DNA from: Mycobacterium tuberculosis H37Rv
GTDB taxonomy: Bacteria; Actinomycetota; Actinomycetes; Mycobacteriales; Mycobacteriaceae
Direction: 5' to 3'
Assembly: GCF_000195955.2 (NCBI RefSeq)
Contig: NC_000962.3
Span: 3,510,001-3,542,000, forward strand
DNA length: 32,000 nt
Below, piece after piece: positions 21,646 to 32,000 of the stretch. The notes below the pieces were generated by a model. It searched no databases, was not told the DNA's origin, and worked only from the letters and a program-made list of their open reading frames with translations. The position numbers and the translations under genes are program-made. Position 1 is the stretch's first letter. Each line of letters starts with the position of its first letter.

Positions 21646-22913
21646 GGCAGCCTCGCCCGGCTAGCTCTGCCCCGTCCGCGACGACGGCGATTGGGCAACG
21701 CACCCATCGACTGCTGAAGCGAGTGATCCGCCGGCCAGGACAGCACGTCGACCCCGATGGTGGCCATGTCGCGATACATCGCGGAGCGCTGCAGCGCCCA
21801 CATCCGGACCACCAGGGGATCCAGTTGGTCCTGGAGCGGACAGCTATCAAGAACGTCGACAGCAACCACGACGTGGCCGCGTTTACGCAGGTCGATCAAC
21901 GCCAGCGCGAACTCGGTATCCAGCAGCGTGGAAAACGCAATGACAACCGCTCCTGCGGGAACAGCTGCGCGCGGAGCCAGCGTCCCGGTGGTGTTTTCGA
22001 ACCCTTCCCCGGCGCCGAGCACGGTGTCGAGCACCCGATAGAACTGGCGCTGCCCGATGTCGGCGCCCAGCCATCGCGGCCGATTGCCGCCCAGCGCAAC
22101 GATCCCAGCACGGTCACCGTTTCGCAGCGCGGTTTGCACCACCTGAGCAGCACCCCGCACGACTCGTTCGGTGGCCTCGGTCGCCGGACCCGCCGGCTGT
22201 CGATACATGTCGATCAACACCACCACGTCAGCGGCCCGGTCGGTCAACCGCCTTGTCACGTGCAGTCGGCCACGGCGCGCGCTTACCACCCAGTTCACGG
22301 CACGTAGCTGGTCGCCCGGGACATATGGGCGAATGTCGGCGTATTCGACACCCGGCCCGACGTGCCGGGTGAGATGAGCTCCCAGGCGGTCGAGCAATTC
22401 GGTCTGCGGCAGTGGCGTCGACTGCGGCGGTGTCAGCGGAAACACGACGATTTCGGCGGCGTCGACGGTTCCGGCTCCCATCAACAACCCACCGCGTGCG
22501 ACGACGGCGACCCGGGCCCGGATAGGATAGCGCCCCCAGCGTTGCGCCACCGCGGAAACCGTTGTCGTCCGGCGTGACACGGATTCCAGAGCTTCGAACT
22601 GCATTCCCGCCAACGCCGATACCGTGAGTTCGACCGCGGCGTCCACGGATTCCGTTGTGACCCACACGGTCACTCGCACATGTTCGTTCTCGAAACATCG
22701 CTGCGAATCCGGGTCACCGTGCACCTGGATCACCGGGACCGGACGCTGCCAGCTGATCGAGCACAACACGCCGAGCAGCGGCGCCGCGAACGCAATCAGC
22801 TGCCAACGACCAGCGACGACCGCTGCGGCTAGCGCAACTCCGGCACAGGTGGCAATCGCCAGCGTCAGTTGTGATGCACGCCAGCGCAACTCGACTTCAC
22901 ACGTTTGGATCAC
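21642..22913 (-). CDS. DUF58-type membrane-anchored protein (Rv3163c-like), 423 aa
   Basis: Two N-terminal hydrophobic segments and EYADIRPYVPGDQLRAVNWVVSARRGRLHV, a typical DUF58 core; adjacent to moxR. Confidence 0.88.
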   Translation of the reverse strand: MIQTCEVELRWRASQLTLAIATCAGVALAAAVVAGRWQLIAFAAPLLGVLCSISWQRPVPVIQVHGDPDSQRCFENEHVRVTVWVTTESVDAAVELTVSALAGMQFEALESVSRRTTTVSAVAQRWGRYPIRARVAVVARGGLLMGAGTVDAAEIVVFPLTPPQSTPLPQTELLDRLGAHLTRHVGPGVEYADIRPYVPGDQLRAVNWVVSARRGRLHVTRRLTDRAADVVVLIDMYRQPAGPATEATERVVRGAAQVVQTALRNGDRAGIVALGGNRPRWLGADIGQRQFYRVLDTVLGAGEGFENTTGTLAPRAAVPAGAVVIAFSTLLDTEFALALIDLRKRGHVVVAVDVLDSCPLQDQLDPLVVRMWALQRSAMYRDMATIGVDVLSWPADHSLQQSMGALPNRRRRGRGRASRARLP

Positions 22914-22942
22914 ATCGCGCCGTAGTTCATCCAGCCAACCCG

Positions 22943-23905
22943 CTACGTTCCACTAATTCGGGGAACAGGCAGACGCCGCAACAGCTCTGAGACCACATCA
23001 GCGCCCGCAATCTTGCGCACCCACATCTCCGGGCGCAATGTGATCCGATGCGCGACGGCCGCGGTCGCAAGTTCCTTGACATCTTCGGGTATGACGTAGT
23101 CCCGGCCGAGCAACAGAGCGCGGGCACGGGAGAGCTGGACCAGGTCGAGTTCGGCTCGCGGGCTGGCGCCGACGGCCACCTGCGGATGGTGCCGGGTAGC
23201 GTTGGCCAACGACACCACATAGTGCAAGACGTCCTCGTGCACGGTGACCTGCTCGACCGATTCACGCATGGCCAACAGATCGTGGCAGTCCACCACCTGA
23301 TTCACCGTCGGATCCGCAGAACCGCGTTCCAGGCGACGGCGCAGCATCGAGGTCTCGTCTCGCTCGGAGAGGTAGCGCAGTTCCAACCGGATCGCGAACC
23401 GATCCAGTTGCGCCTCCGGCAGTGGATATGTGCCCTCGTATTCGATCGGATTGTCGGTCGCCAGAACGATGAATGGCATTGCCAGTTTATGGGTTTGGCC
23501 ATCGATGCTCACCTGGCCCTCGGCCATTGCCTCCAACAGTGCCGCTTGCGTCTTCGGCGGCGTCCGGTTGATCTCGTCGGCGAGCAACAGGTTGGTGAAA
23601 ATAGGCCCGGCCCGGAATTCGAAACGACCGGACTGCATGTCATAGATGGTCGAGCCGAGCAGATCGGCCGGCAGCAAATCAGGCGTGAATTGCACTCGGG
23701 TGAAATCGAGCCCCAACGCGGCGGCGAAGGATCGCGCGATCAGCGTCTTGCCGAGGCCGGGGAGATCTTCGATGAGCACGTGGCCACGGGCGAGCACGGC
23801 GGTGAGGATGAGTGTCAGTGCAGAGCGCTTCCCCACCACCACACGTTCGATTTCGTCGAGCACCGCCTCGCAGTGGGCGGTGGTCGTCGCGGCCGGCATA
23901 ATCAT
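22943..23905 (-). CDS. moxR3: MoxR-family AAA ATPase (Rv3164c-like), 320 aa
   Basis: VLIEDLPGLGKTLIARSFA (Walker A), LLLADEINRTPPKTQAALLEAMAE (Walker B), FIVLATDNPIEYEGTYPLPEAQLDRF: MoxR signatures. Confidence 0.94.
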   Translation of the reverse strand: MIMPAATTTAHCEAVLDEIERVVVGKRSALTLILTAVLARGHVLIEDLPGLGKTLIARSFAAALGLDFTRVQFTPDLLPADLLGSTIYDMQSGRFEFRAGPIFTNLLLADEINRTPPKTQAALLEAMAEGQVSIDGQTHKLAMPFIVLATDNPIEYEGTYPLPEAQLDRFAIRLELRYLSERDETSMLRRRLERGSADPTVNQVVDCHDLLAMRESVEQVTVHEDVLHYVVSLANATRHHPQVAVGASPRAELDLVQLSRARALLLGRDYVIPEDVKELATAAVAHRITLRPEMWVRKIAGADVVSELLRRLPVPRISGT

Positions 23906-23912
23906 CGTTGAG

Positions 23913-24395
23913 TCATACCTGTTCTAACTTCTGCAGAATTTCTTCCAGTGCCGCACGGCCGGGGCCTGGTTGACGGTCGCCGGTGTGCGTCACATTGTTC
24001 GGGTTGACCCATTCCCACAATTCGTCGCCGAAAAGCATTCGGCCGGTGGCAGCAAAGGCAACCGGGTCTTTGGCCTGTCTATGGCCGGTGGCGATTTCGA
24101 ACCGTCGTGCGAGCATCGGACGCAAATGCCGGTCCCAGTCGGCTCGAGTGGACTCCGACCACCGGATCGTCGTCTCGGTGTTGGAGAGCCACCGGCGCAA
24201 CCCCTCCCCCAGATCGTCGGAGTCCGGCGCAGCCGTGAGTTCGTCCCGGTTGCCCAGCATCCGGCGGACGTTGAGCAGCACCAGAGCCAGGGCGAGCCCC
24301 GACCCGGCGAGCACGAGCCGACGGTCGTGCAGTATCAGCGCCAGCAGCTCAATCCCCACGATGAGGAAAATCCCCAGGGCGATAAGCCTTTTCAT
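23913..24395 (-). CDS. Conserved hypothetical membrane protein (Rv3165c-like), 160 aa
   Basis: N-terminal hydrophobic segments then a soluble tail; part of the moxR3 gene string. Confidence 0.85.
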   Translation of the reverse strand: MKRLIALGIFLIVGIELLALILHDRRLVLAGSGLALALVLLNVRRMLGNRDELTAAPDSDDLGEGLRRWLSNTETTIRWSESTRADWDRHLRPMLARRFEIATGHRQAKDPVAFAATGRMLFGDELWEWVNPNNVTHTGDRQPGPGRAALEEILQKLEQV

Positions 24396-25351
24396 ATAGC
24401 GGTCCGAGTGCTCAGTTCGTCAAGAACCAGTCGAAGCAAACGCATCGCCACCTCACGGTGCTCCTCGTTCATCACGTGCGGGCTAAAACGCGCCTCGGCG
24501 AACAGGCTCACCAACGCGGCGGCACTAGCACCATGGAGCGCACGGTGTTCGACGGCTCGGGCCAGCACCTCGGTCGGGGTGTCGAAGTCCTGAGGGGCAA
24601 CACCGGGAACATGCGACAGTTCACGCTCCATCGCCACGTAACACGCAATTATCGCCTCCCGTGGTTCGCGGCGGAGGTCGGCCATCTCGGCCAGTCCGAT
24701 CTCGGCGGCACGCGCCAGTGATTCCGAACGCGCCGAGGGCGCCGGAGACTCGATGCGATCGCCACTGATACGAGCCGGTGCCGACTTGCGCTGTCGTCGC
24801 GAGGTAATCAGCGACCCCGCGACGACCATCAAGAACAGGCCGATTGTGCTGGCAAAGAGAATGCCGAGCACGTCGTCATTGTTGTCTTGCGGCGGTTGCG
24901 GGCGCGACGGCGTGGTGCTGGAAGCATCCGGCGTAGCGGTTGAATCCGGTATGGGCGCAGCAGGACCGACATCATCGGGCACGAACAACCGTGCCAGCAG
25001 TATCGCAATCAGCAGCCAGGCCAGGATTGTCCCGAGTCCGAGCAACAGCACACGCCAGTTCGGACGCCCTGCTGCACCGCCAAGCATTGCCGAGAGCTCC
25101 CCCGCGCTGGGCGCCACCGGGAGCGGATGTCGCAACCGGGTGATGATGGCGAGCGCTATCAGCGCGAGCGTCGCGGCAAGTGCGGCGACAATGAACATCA
25201 GCGCCGCCCGGCTGCCGCCGGCCGCCGCGAGCGGTGCACCGTCGTCGGCCGGCAGGTGGCCGCGCAGGGCAGCGCCAGCAAGCATCAAGAGCACGATCAC
25301 GACGACGACGCGCCCTGTCGGTTTGTCACTACCGGGCTTAGTACCGGGCAT
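24392..25351 (-). CDS. Membrane protein with DUF4129-like C-terminus (Rv3166c-like), 319 aa
   Basis: Three hydrophobic segments and SPRSESLARAAEIGLAEMADLRREPREAIIACYVAMERELSHVPGVAPQDFDTPTEVLARA; 4-bp overlap with the next gene. Confidence 0.85.
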   Translation of the reverse strand: MPGTKPGSDKPTGRVVVVIVLLMLAGAALRGHLPADDGAPLAAAGGSRAALMFIVAALAATLALIALAIITRLRHPLPVAPSAGELSAMLGGAAGRPNWRVLLLGLGTILAWLLIAILLARLFVPDDVGPAAPIPDSTATPDASSTTPSRPQPPQDNNDDVLGILFASTIGLFLMVVAGSLITSRRQRKSAPARISGDRIESPAPSARSESLARAAEIGLAEMADLRREPREAIIACYVAMERELSHVPGVAPQDFDTPTEVLARAVEHRALHGASAAALVSLFAEARFSPHVMNEEHREVAMRLLRLVLDELSTRTAI

Positions 25352-25430
25352 ACGCACACCACTCGACCGGTTGCCTGCCGCCGTTGCGGCCTGGGGGTTG
25401 GTTCAACCTGGCTTGGTTCATACTGGCACG

Positions 25431-26057
25431 TCAGACGACACTGCCGCCAGGAGCGGCGCGGTGGACCCCTCGCACGACGATCGCGGTGGTTTGGTCCACC
25501 CACGCGTCGTCCAGCATGTCGTCCGGGTACAGCAGCATCCGCAGCATGGTGGCGCCCCCGATCAGCTCGATCAACCGGTCCGGGTCCACGTCGGGATGCG
25601 CCTCGCCGCGGTCGACGGCCTCGCGCAGGCGCATGCGCACCGCGGCGAATAAGTCGGCAAAACGCGCCAGCACCCGGGCGTTGAGTTCAGCGTCTGCGGT
25701 CATATCGGCTACCAGACCGGGTAACGCGGCCCGCACCACCGGGGTGGTGAACACATCGCGGGTGGCCGCGATCATCATTCGGATGTCGGCGGCGATATCA
25801 CCGGCCGCAGCCTGCAGCGCGGTGGGCGCGGCGGGAAACGCGGCCTCGTGCACTAGTTCGGCCTTGCTCGACCACCGCCGGTACAACGCCGATTTGGTGG
25901 TGCCGGCGCGTTCGGCGACCGCGGCCAAGCTGAGGTTCGAATACCCGATCTGCACAAGCAGTTCCGCCGTCGCCGACAGGATCGCCGAGTCGATGCGCGG
26001 ATCACGCGGCCGCCCGGCGCCGGGGGCCTTGTCAAGGGAGGGCAGGTCTGCTTTCAT
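25431..26057 (-). CDS. TetR family transcriptional regulator (Rv3167c-like), 208 aa
   Basis: RDPRIDSAILSATAELLVQIGYSNLSLAAVAERAGTTKSALYRRWSSKAELV, TetR_N domain; start MKADLPSLDKAPG at 26057. Confidence 0.93.
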   Translation of the reverse strand: MKADLPSLDKAPGAGRPRDPRIDSAILSATAELLVQIGYSNLSLAAVAERAGTTKSALYRRWSSKAELVHEAAFPAAPTALQAAAGDIAADIRMMIAATRDVFTTPVVRAALPGLVADMTADAELNARVLARFADLFAAVRMRLREAVDRGEAHPDVDPDRLIELIGGATMLRMLLYPDDMLDDAWVDQTTAIVVRGVHRAAPGGSVV

Positions 26058-26058
26058 A

Positions 26059-27237
<1,179 letters not shown>

Positions 27238-27238
<1 letters not shown>

Positions 27239-28362
27239 TGCCGCAAATGCTAGGCCCACTCGACGAGTACCCGCTACATCAGCTTCCCCAGCCGATCGCC
27301 TGGCCGGGCTCCTCCGACCGCAACTTCTACGACCGCTCCTACTTCAACGCCCACGACCGCACCGGGAACATCTTTCTGATCACCGGTATCGGCTACTACC
27401 CTAACCTGGGCGTGAAAGACGCGTTCGTGCTGATCAGGCGTGCGGACATACAGACCGCGGTGCATCTTTCGGATGCCATCGACTCCGACCGGCTACACCA
27501 GCACGTCAACGGTTACCGGGTGGAGGTCGTCGAGCCGCTGCGAAAACTGCGTATCGTGCTCGACGAAACCGAAGGTGTGGCGGCCGATCTCACCTGGGAG
27601 GGCCTGTTCGACGTCGTCCAGGAACAGCCGCACGTCTTGCGCTCCGGCAACCGGGTGACCCTGGATGCGCAGCGCTTCGCGCAGCTGGGCACCTGGAGCG
27701 GCCGCATCGTCGTCGACGGCGAACGGATCGCCGTCGATCCGGCGACCTGGCTCGGCAGCCGGGACCGGTCCTGGGGCATCCGGCCGGTGGGGGAACCAGA
27801 ACCGGCGGGCCGGCCCGCCGACCCACCCTTCGAGGGCATGTGGTGGCTGTATGTGCCGTTGGCCTTCGACGACTTCGCCGTCGTGCTGATCATCCAGGAA
27901 GAACCCGACGGGTTCCGCTCGCTCAACGACTGCACCCGGATCTGGCGTGACGGCCACGTCGAGCAGCTGGGCTGGCCGCGGGTGCGGATCCACTACCGCT
28001 CCGGCACCCGCATCCCGACCGGGGCGACGATCGAGGCAAGCACCCCCGACGGCGCGCCGGTGCACTTCGACGTGGAGTCCAAACTGGCGGTGCCGACCCA
28101 TGTCGGTGGCGGCTACGGGGGTGACTCGGACTGGTCACATGGCATGTGGAAGGGCGAGAAGTTCGTCGAGCGAAGAACCTACGACATGACCGATCCGACG
28201 ATCATCGCGCGGGCCGGCTTCGGCGTCATCGACCACGTCGGTCGCGCGCTATGCCGCGACGGCGACGGGAATCCAGTGCAGGGCTGGGGTCTGTTTGAAC
28301 ACGGGGCGCTGGGCCGCCACGACCCATCGGGGTTCGCCGACTGGTCTACGCTGGCGCCCTAG
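27238..28362 (+). CDS. Conserved protein of unknown function (Rv3169-like), 374 aa
   Basis: ATG 27238 shares one base with the Rv3168-like stop (TAATG). The track ORF starts upstream inside the neighbour and is not the true start. Confidence 0.9.
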
Positions 28363-28504
28363 GCGCTTCAGGCTTACTTCGGCACCGGTGAGGCTATCCG
28401 CATTCGCGAGTCCAGGGTTCCTGGGCGCCGGCCGGGAAACGGCCCGAAAACGACGGCAGCCGGAATAGCCGACCGGAACCGCCGAAATGCGGTTGACTAG
28501 AGCG

Positions 28505-29851
28505 GTGACAAACCCACCGTGGACTGTCGATGTTGTCGTGGTGGGCGCGGGCTTCGCCGGGCTGGCCGCGGCCCGCGAGCTGACGCGACAGGGTCACGAG
28601 GTGCTGGTGTTCGAAGGCCGCGATCGGGTGGGCGGCCGCTCGTTAACCGGTCGCGTGGCAGGGGTGCCCGCGGATATGGGCGGCTCGTTCATCGGCCCGA
28701 CCCAAGACGCCGTGCTGGCGTTGGCCACCGAGCTGGGGATCCCGACAACCCCGACCCACCGCGACGGCCGAAACGTCATCCAGTGGCGGGGATCGGCACG
28801 CAGCTATCGTGGCACCATCCCCAAGCTGTCGCTGACCGGGCTCATCGACATCGGCCGGTTGCGTTGGCAATTCGAGCGAATTGCCCGCGGCGTTCCGGTG
28901 GCCGCCCCCTGGGATGCGCGGCGCGCGCGTGAACTCGACGACGTGTCGCTCGGGGAGTGGTTGCGCTTGGTGCGCGCCACATCGTCCTCGCGGAACCTGA
29001 TGGCCATCATGACCCGGGTGACCTGGGGTTGTGAGCCCGACGATGTCTCGATGCTGCACGCCGCCCGCTACGTACGCGCGGCCGGCGGCCTGGACCGGCT
29101 GCTCGACGTCAAAAATGGTGCCCAGCAGGACCGTGTGCCGGGGGGGACACAGCAGATCGCCCAGGCGGCCGCCGCCCAACTCGGCGCACGCGTCCTGCTC
29201 AACGCCGCGGTGCGTCGCATCGACCGGCACGGAGCGGGTGTGACGGTCACGTCCGATCAGGGTCAGGCCGAGGCCGGGTTCGTCATCGTCGCCATTCCAC
29301 CGGCCCATCGCGTGGCCATCGAGTTCGATCCCCCGCTGCCGCCGGAATATCAGCAGCTCGCCCACCATTGGCCGCAGGGCCGGCTGAGCAAGGCCTACGC
29401 GGCCTATTCGACGCCGTTCTGGCGGGCCAGCGGGTATTCCGGCCAGGCGCTGTCCGATGAGGCGCCGGTGTTCATCACCTTCGACGTCAGTCCGCACGCC
29501 GACGGGCCAGGCATTCTGATGGGGTTCGTCGATGCTCGCGGGTTCGACTCGCTACCCATCGAAGAGCGCCGCCGCGATGCATTGCGCTGCTTTGCGTCGC
29601 TGTTCGGCGACGAAGCGCTCGACCCCCTTGATTATGTTGACTATCGTTGGGGTACAGAGGAATTCGCGCCGGGTGGTCCGACCGCGGCGGTACCGCCGGG
29701 GTCGTGGACGAAATACGGTCACTGGTTACGTGAGCCGGTCGGTCCGATTCACTGGGCGAGCACTGAGACCGCGGACGAATGGACCGGGTATTTCGACGGC
29801 GCCGTCAGATCCGGTCAGCGTGCCGCCGCCGAGGTCGCCGCCCTGCTATGA
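28505..29851 (+). CDS. aofH: Flavin-containing amine oxidase (monoamine oxidase-like), Rv3170-like, 448 aa
   Basis: [39 protein letters not shown] (dinucleotide-binding and GG motif) and C-terminal [29 protein letters not shown]. Confidence 0.95.
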
Positions 29852-30745
29852 GCTGATCCGCCGGTCCCGGACGTGCCGGGTCACCGATTCGGCCAGCGCC
29901 CGCAGGTGGCTGTTCACCTCTTGGTGCCGTTCCAGCATCGAGCAGTGGCCGCCGGGCAGTTCAACGAGGCCGACGACATTGGGCGCGGTGCGCGCAATCC
30001 TGCGGGACTGGCTGATCGGCGTTAGTCGATCACGTACGCCGCCGATCACCAGGGTTGGCACCGTCAGACCATCCAGGTTGAGGTGTGCCGACCCTACTTC
30101 CTCGACGAGCATCTTCGCGCAGCCGCCGCGCCCCGCGGCAGACGTCTGGGTGAACAACTCATAGACCAGTCTCGTGGCGCTGGGGTCCGCGTCGGCGGCG
30201 ACCGCCAGCGTGGAGATCACGTGCCGGCTTAAGGCCCTGGCCGCGCCGGGGAGTGGAAACCCGCCGAACGTGTTGACCAGGCTCCGGCCGGCCAGCACCC
30301 GAACCGGGGACAACTCGCGTGGCACCGACAGCAGTTTCACCTTGCGCACCAGGTCGCCGGTGGTGGTGTTGATCAGCGCGACGGCGTCCGTGCGGCGGCG
30401 GACTTTGTGGCGGTAGCGGTCCGACCAGGCGGCAATGGTAATGCCGCCCATCGAGTGCCCAGCGACCACCGCACGCTCGCGCGGGGCCAACGTAGCGTCC
30501 AACACCGAATCGAGGTCGGCCGCAAGGTGATTGAGGCTGTAGGCGCCACGCCGTGGGACACCGCTTCGACCGTGGCCGCGATGGTCGAAGGCGATCACCC
30601 GGTAGTCGCCGGCCAGGTCGGCGATTTGGTATGCCCAGGCCCGGATGGCGCAGACGAAACCGTGCGTCAGCACAATCGGATAGCCGTGAGGCGGCCCGAA
30701 CACCTGGGTGTGTAACGGGGTGCCGTCCGCCGCACGGACGGTCAA
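29846..30745 (-). CDS. hpx: Alpha/beta hydrolase, possible non-heme haloperoxidase-like (Rv3171c-like), about 299 aa; start uncertain (TTG 30745 or ATG 30817)
   Basis: [46 protein letters not shown] nucleophile elbow, and [17 protein letters not shown] catalytic His region. Last 6 bp overlap aofH tail-to-tail. Confidence 0.9.
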
Positions 30746-30987
30746 GGTGCGGCTAGGCGGTAGGACGTCTGGAATCTGGGTAGCCCCGCTGCTTCGAGTG
30801 GGTCTCCGAGCACTCATCGCCGCTCCCCCTTCGACGCGGCCCCGTTGCCGCCTTCCGGATGTCGCCCACTCTAGCGTGCAGTTACTTACGGGTAGCTGGA
30901 AATCGCTGAAGCATAGGATCACAGAATAATAACGTCGCGGCCCCTGCTCTCAGCTGGTTTCGCATCGCCAGCCGATCAGTAGTCGTC

Positions 30988-31364
30988 TCAGTAATCGTCG
31001 AGGGCGGCCACGTTGCGCCAACTCGGCCACGTCGTCTCCCAGATCCGGTGAATTCGGCCGTTGCGGTAGGCGGCAATGAGTACCACCTCGATGCGGGTCG
31101 GCTCCTCGCCAGGTCGCGACGTGGTGATCCACACCCGCCCGGCAACCTTGTCTGGGCCTCTACCCATGCGTGCTCGTCGTATTCGACCGCGTAGCTGATC
31201 GCCGTGGCGTAGAGCTTGCGGTGGCTATCGCGGAATTTTGCGAAGCTCTGGCTCAGCCCGTCGGAGTACATCAGGAAGTCTGGGTCGTAGTAGTGCTCGA
31301 TCAGCTCCGCGTTTTTGGCGACGACCATCCGATCGAACATTTCCCGAAGCAGCGCAACGGACAT
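30988..31364 (-). pseudogene. Probable frameshifted SnoaL/NTF2-like small protein (Rv3172c-like). Current-frame ORF is 30882..31364 (160 aa); the restored frame ends at 30988
   Basis: Frame 1 gives [14 protein letters not shown]...[14 protein letters not shown], then low-quality sequence. From 31152 another minus frame gives [54 protein letters not shown], a natural SnoaL-like C-terminus. Confidence 0.7.
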
Positions 31365-31442
31365 TCGGCGATCCTAAACCCTGGCCGCCGGCCATCTCAC
31401 AACGTGAGCGTGGACGAATCCCCATCCATTGCGATGACGAGT

Positions 31443-32000
31443 TCAGACCGGACGGGCCGTTGCCTGATCAATCAGGACCTCCGCTGCCGCTCGGGCGTGC
31501 GCCCAGGGGCCGGCATCGTCGAGGGAGGTGGACAGTGCGGCCGCGCCCTCGAACAGCACGGCGAGTTGATTGCCCAGGCTGCGCGGATGCGCTGCGCCGG
31601 CTTCTCGGGCCAGCCGGGCGAGGCCTTTGATGTAGTCGCGTTTGTGCGAGTGGACGATCCGCTCGACTCCGGGCATCTCCCCGGCCGCCTCGACCGCCGC
31701 GTTGTGGAATGGACAACCTCGCATCCGCCCATCGCCCCTGTTTGGACGATCGAACAATGCGAGCAGCCGCTCGCGTGGTGTCGCGTTGGATGCCTTGGGC
31801 ATCTTGTCGGCCTCGCCGGCGGCTTGCCGGAGCCCGCGCAGGTACTCCTCCACCAACGCGGACTTACTCGGAAAGTGTTGGTAGAGAGTCCGCTTGGATA
31901 CCGAAGCCTTGTTCGCAATCAGTTCGACCCCGGTGGCGTTGATGCCCTCGCAGTAGAACAGCTCTGCAGCCGCCTTCAAGATACGCTGACGAGCGCCGCG
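31443..32000 (-). CDS. TetR family transcriptional regulator (Rv3173c-like), 5' end outside the window
   Basis: ...GARQRILKAAAELFYCEGINATGVELIANKASVSKRTLYQHFPSKSALVEEYL; the frame stays open to the window edge, so the ORF-track start at 31979 (TTG Leu codon) is an artefact. Confidence 0.92.
   Translation of the reverse strand, partial: RGARQRILKAAAELFYCEGINATGVELIANKASVSKRTLYQHFPSKSALVEEYLRGLRQAAGEADKMPKASNATPRERLLALFDRPNRGDGRMRGCPFHNAAVEAAGEMPGVERIVHSHKRDYIKGLARLAREAGAAHPRSLGNQLAVLFEGAAALSTSLDDAGPWAHARAAAEVLIDQATARPV

Noticed and set aside
28425-28450. ggccg-ggaaa-cggcc hairpin between Rv3169-like and aofH as an intrinsic terminator
   Set aside because: Only a 5-bp stem with no U-tract and far from the upstream stop; within chance expectation for this GC content.
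31443-31979. TetR ORF start at 31979 as given by the track
   Set aside because: The codon is an internal TTG (Leu) of the TetR helix (RQRILKAAAELF). The true start is beyond the window edge.

Overview
The window reads as a Mycobacterium tuberculosis complex chromosomal segment, equivalent to about Rv3143-Rv3173c. I recognised it from protein content and gene order; no database was consulted. Contents: (i) the 3' tail of an upstream + strand gene, then PPE52 (-); (ii) the complete 14-gene respiratory complex I operon nuoA-nuoN (+), about 1682-17385, mostly with overlapping stop/start codons; (iii) PPE53 (-), an MPTR-type PPE protein convergent with nuoN; (iv) a Rieske oxygenase/TetR pair (-); (v) a MoxR-DUF58-type membrane-associated operon (-); (vi) TetR Rv3167c divergent from a phosphotransferase-like gene plus a coupled gene of unknown function; (vii) the flavin amine oxidase aofH, an alpha/beta hydrolase, a small SnoaL/NTF2-like gene, and a TetR gene cut by the window end. 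I saw no CRISPR array, prophage, IS element, tRNA or rRNA, and the gene families are all known. The less obvious signals are: a probable frameshift in the SnoaL-like gene, whose true C-terminal half (59 codons) is missing from the supplied ORF track; a 19-bp double palindrome covering a promoter and the start codon of the Rieske oxygenase, implying a leaderless autoregulated operon; a palindrome in the Rv3167c/Rv3168 divergent promoter; and three copies of a short GC-rich repeat inside the nuo operon, two of them within reading frames (NuoI N-terminus and a NuoM loop).
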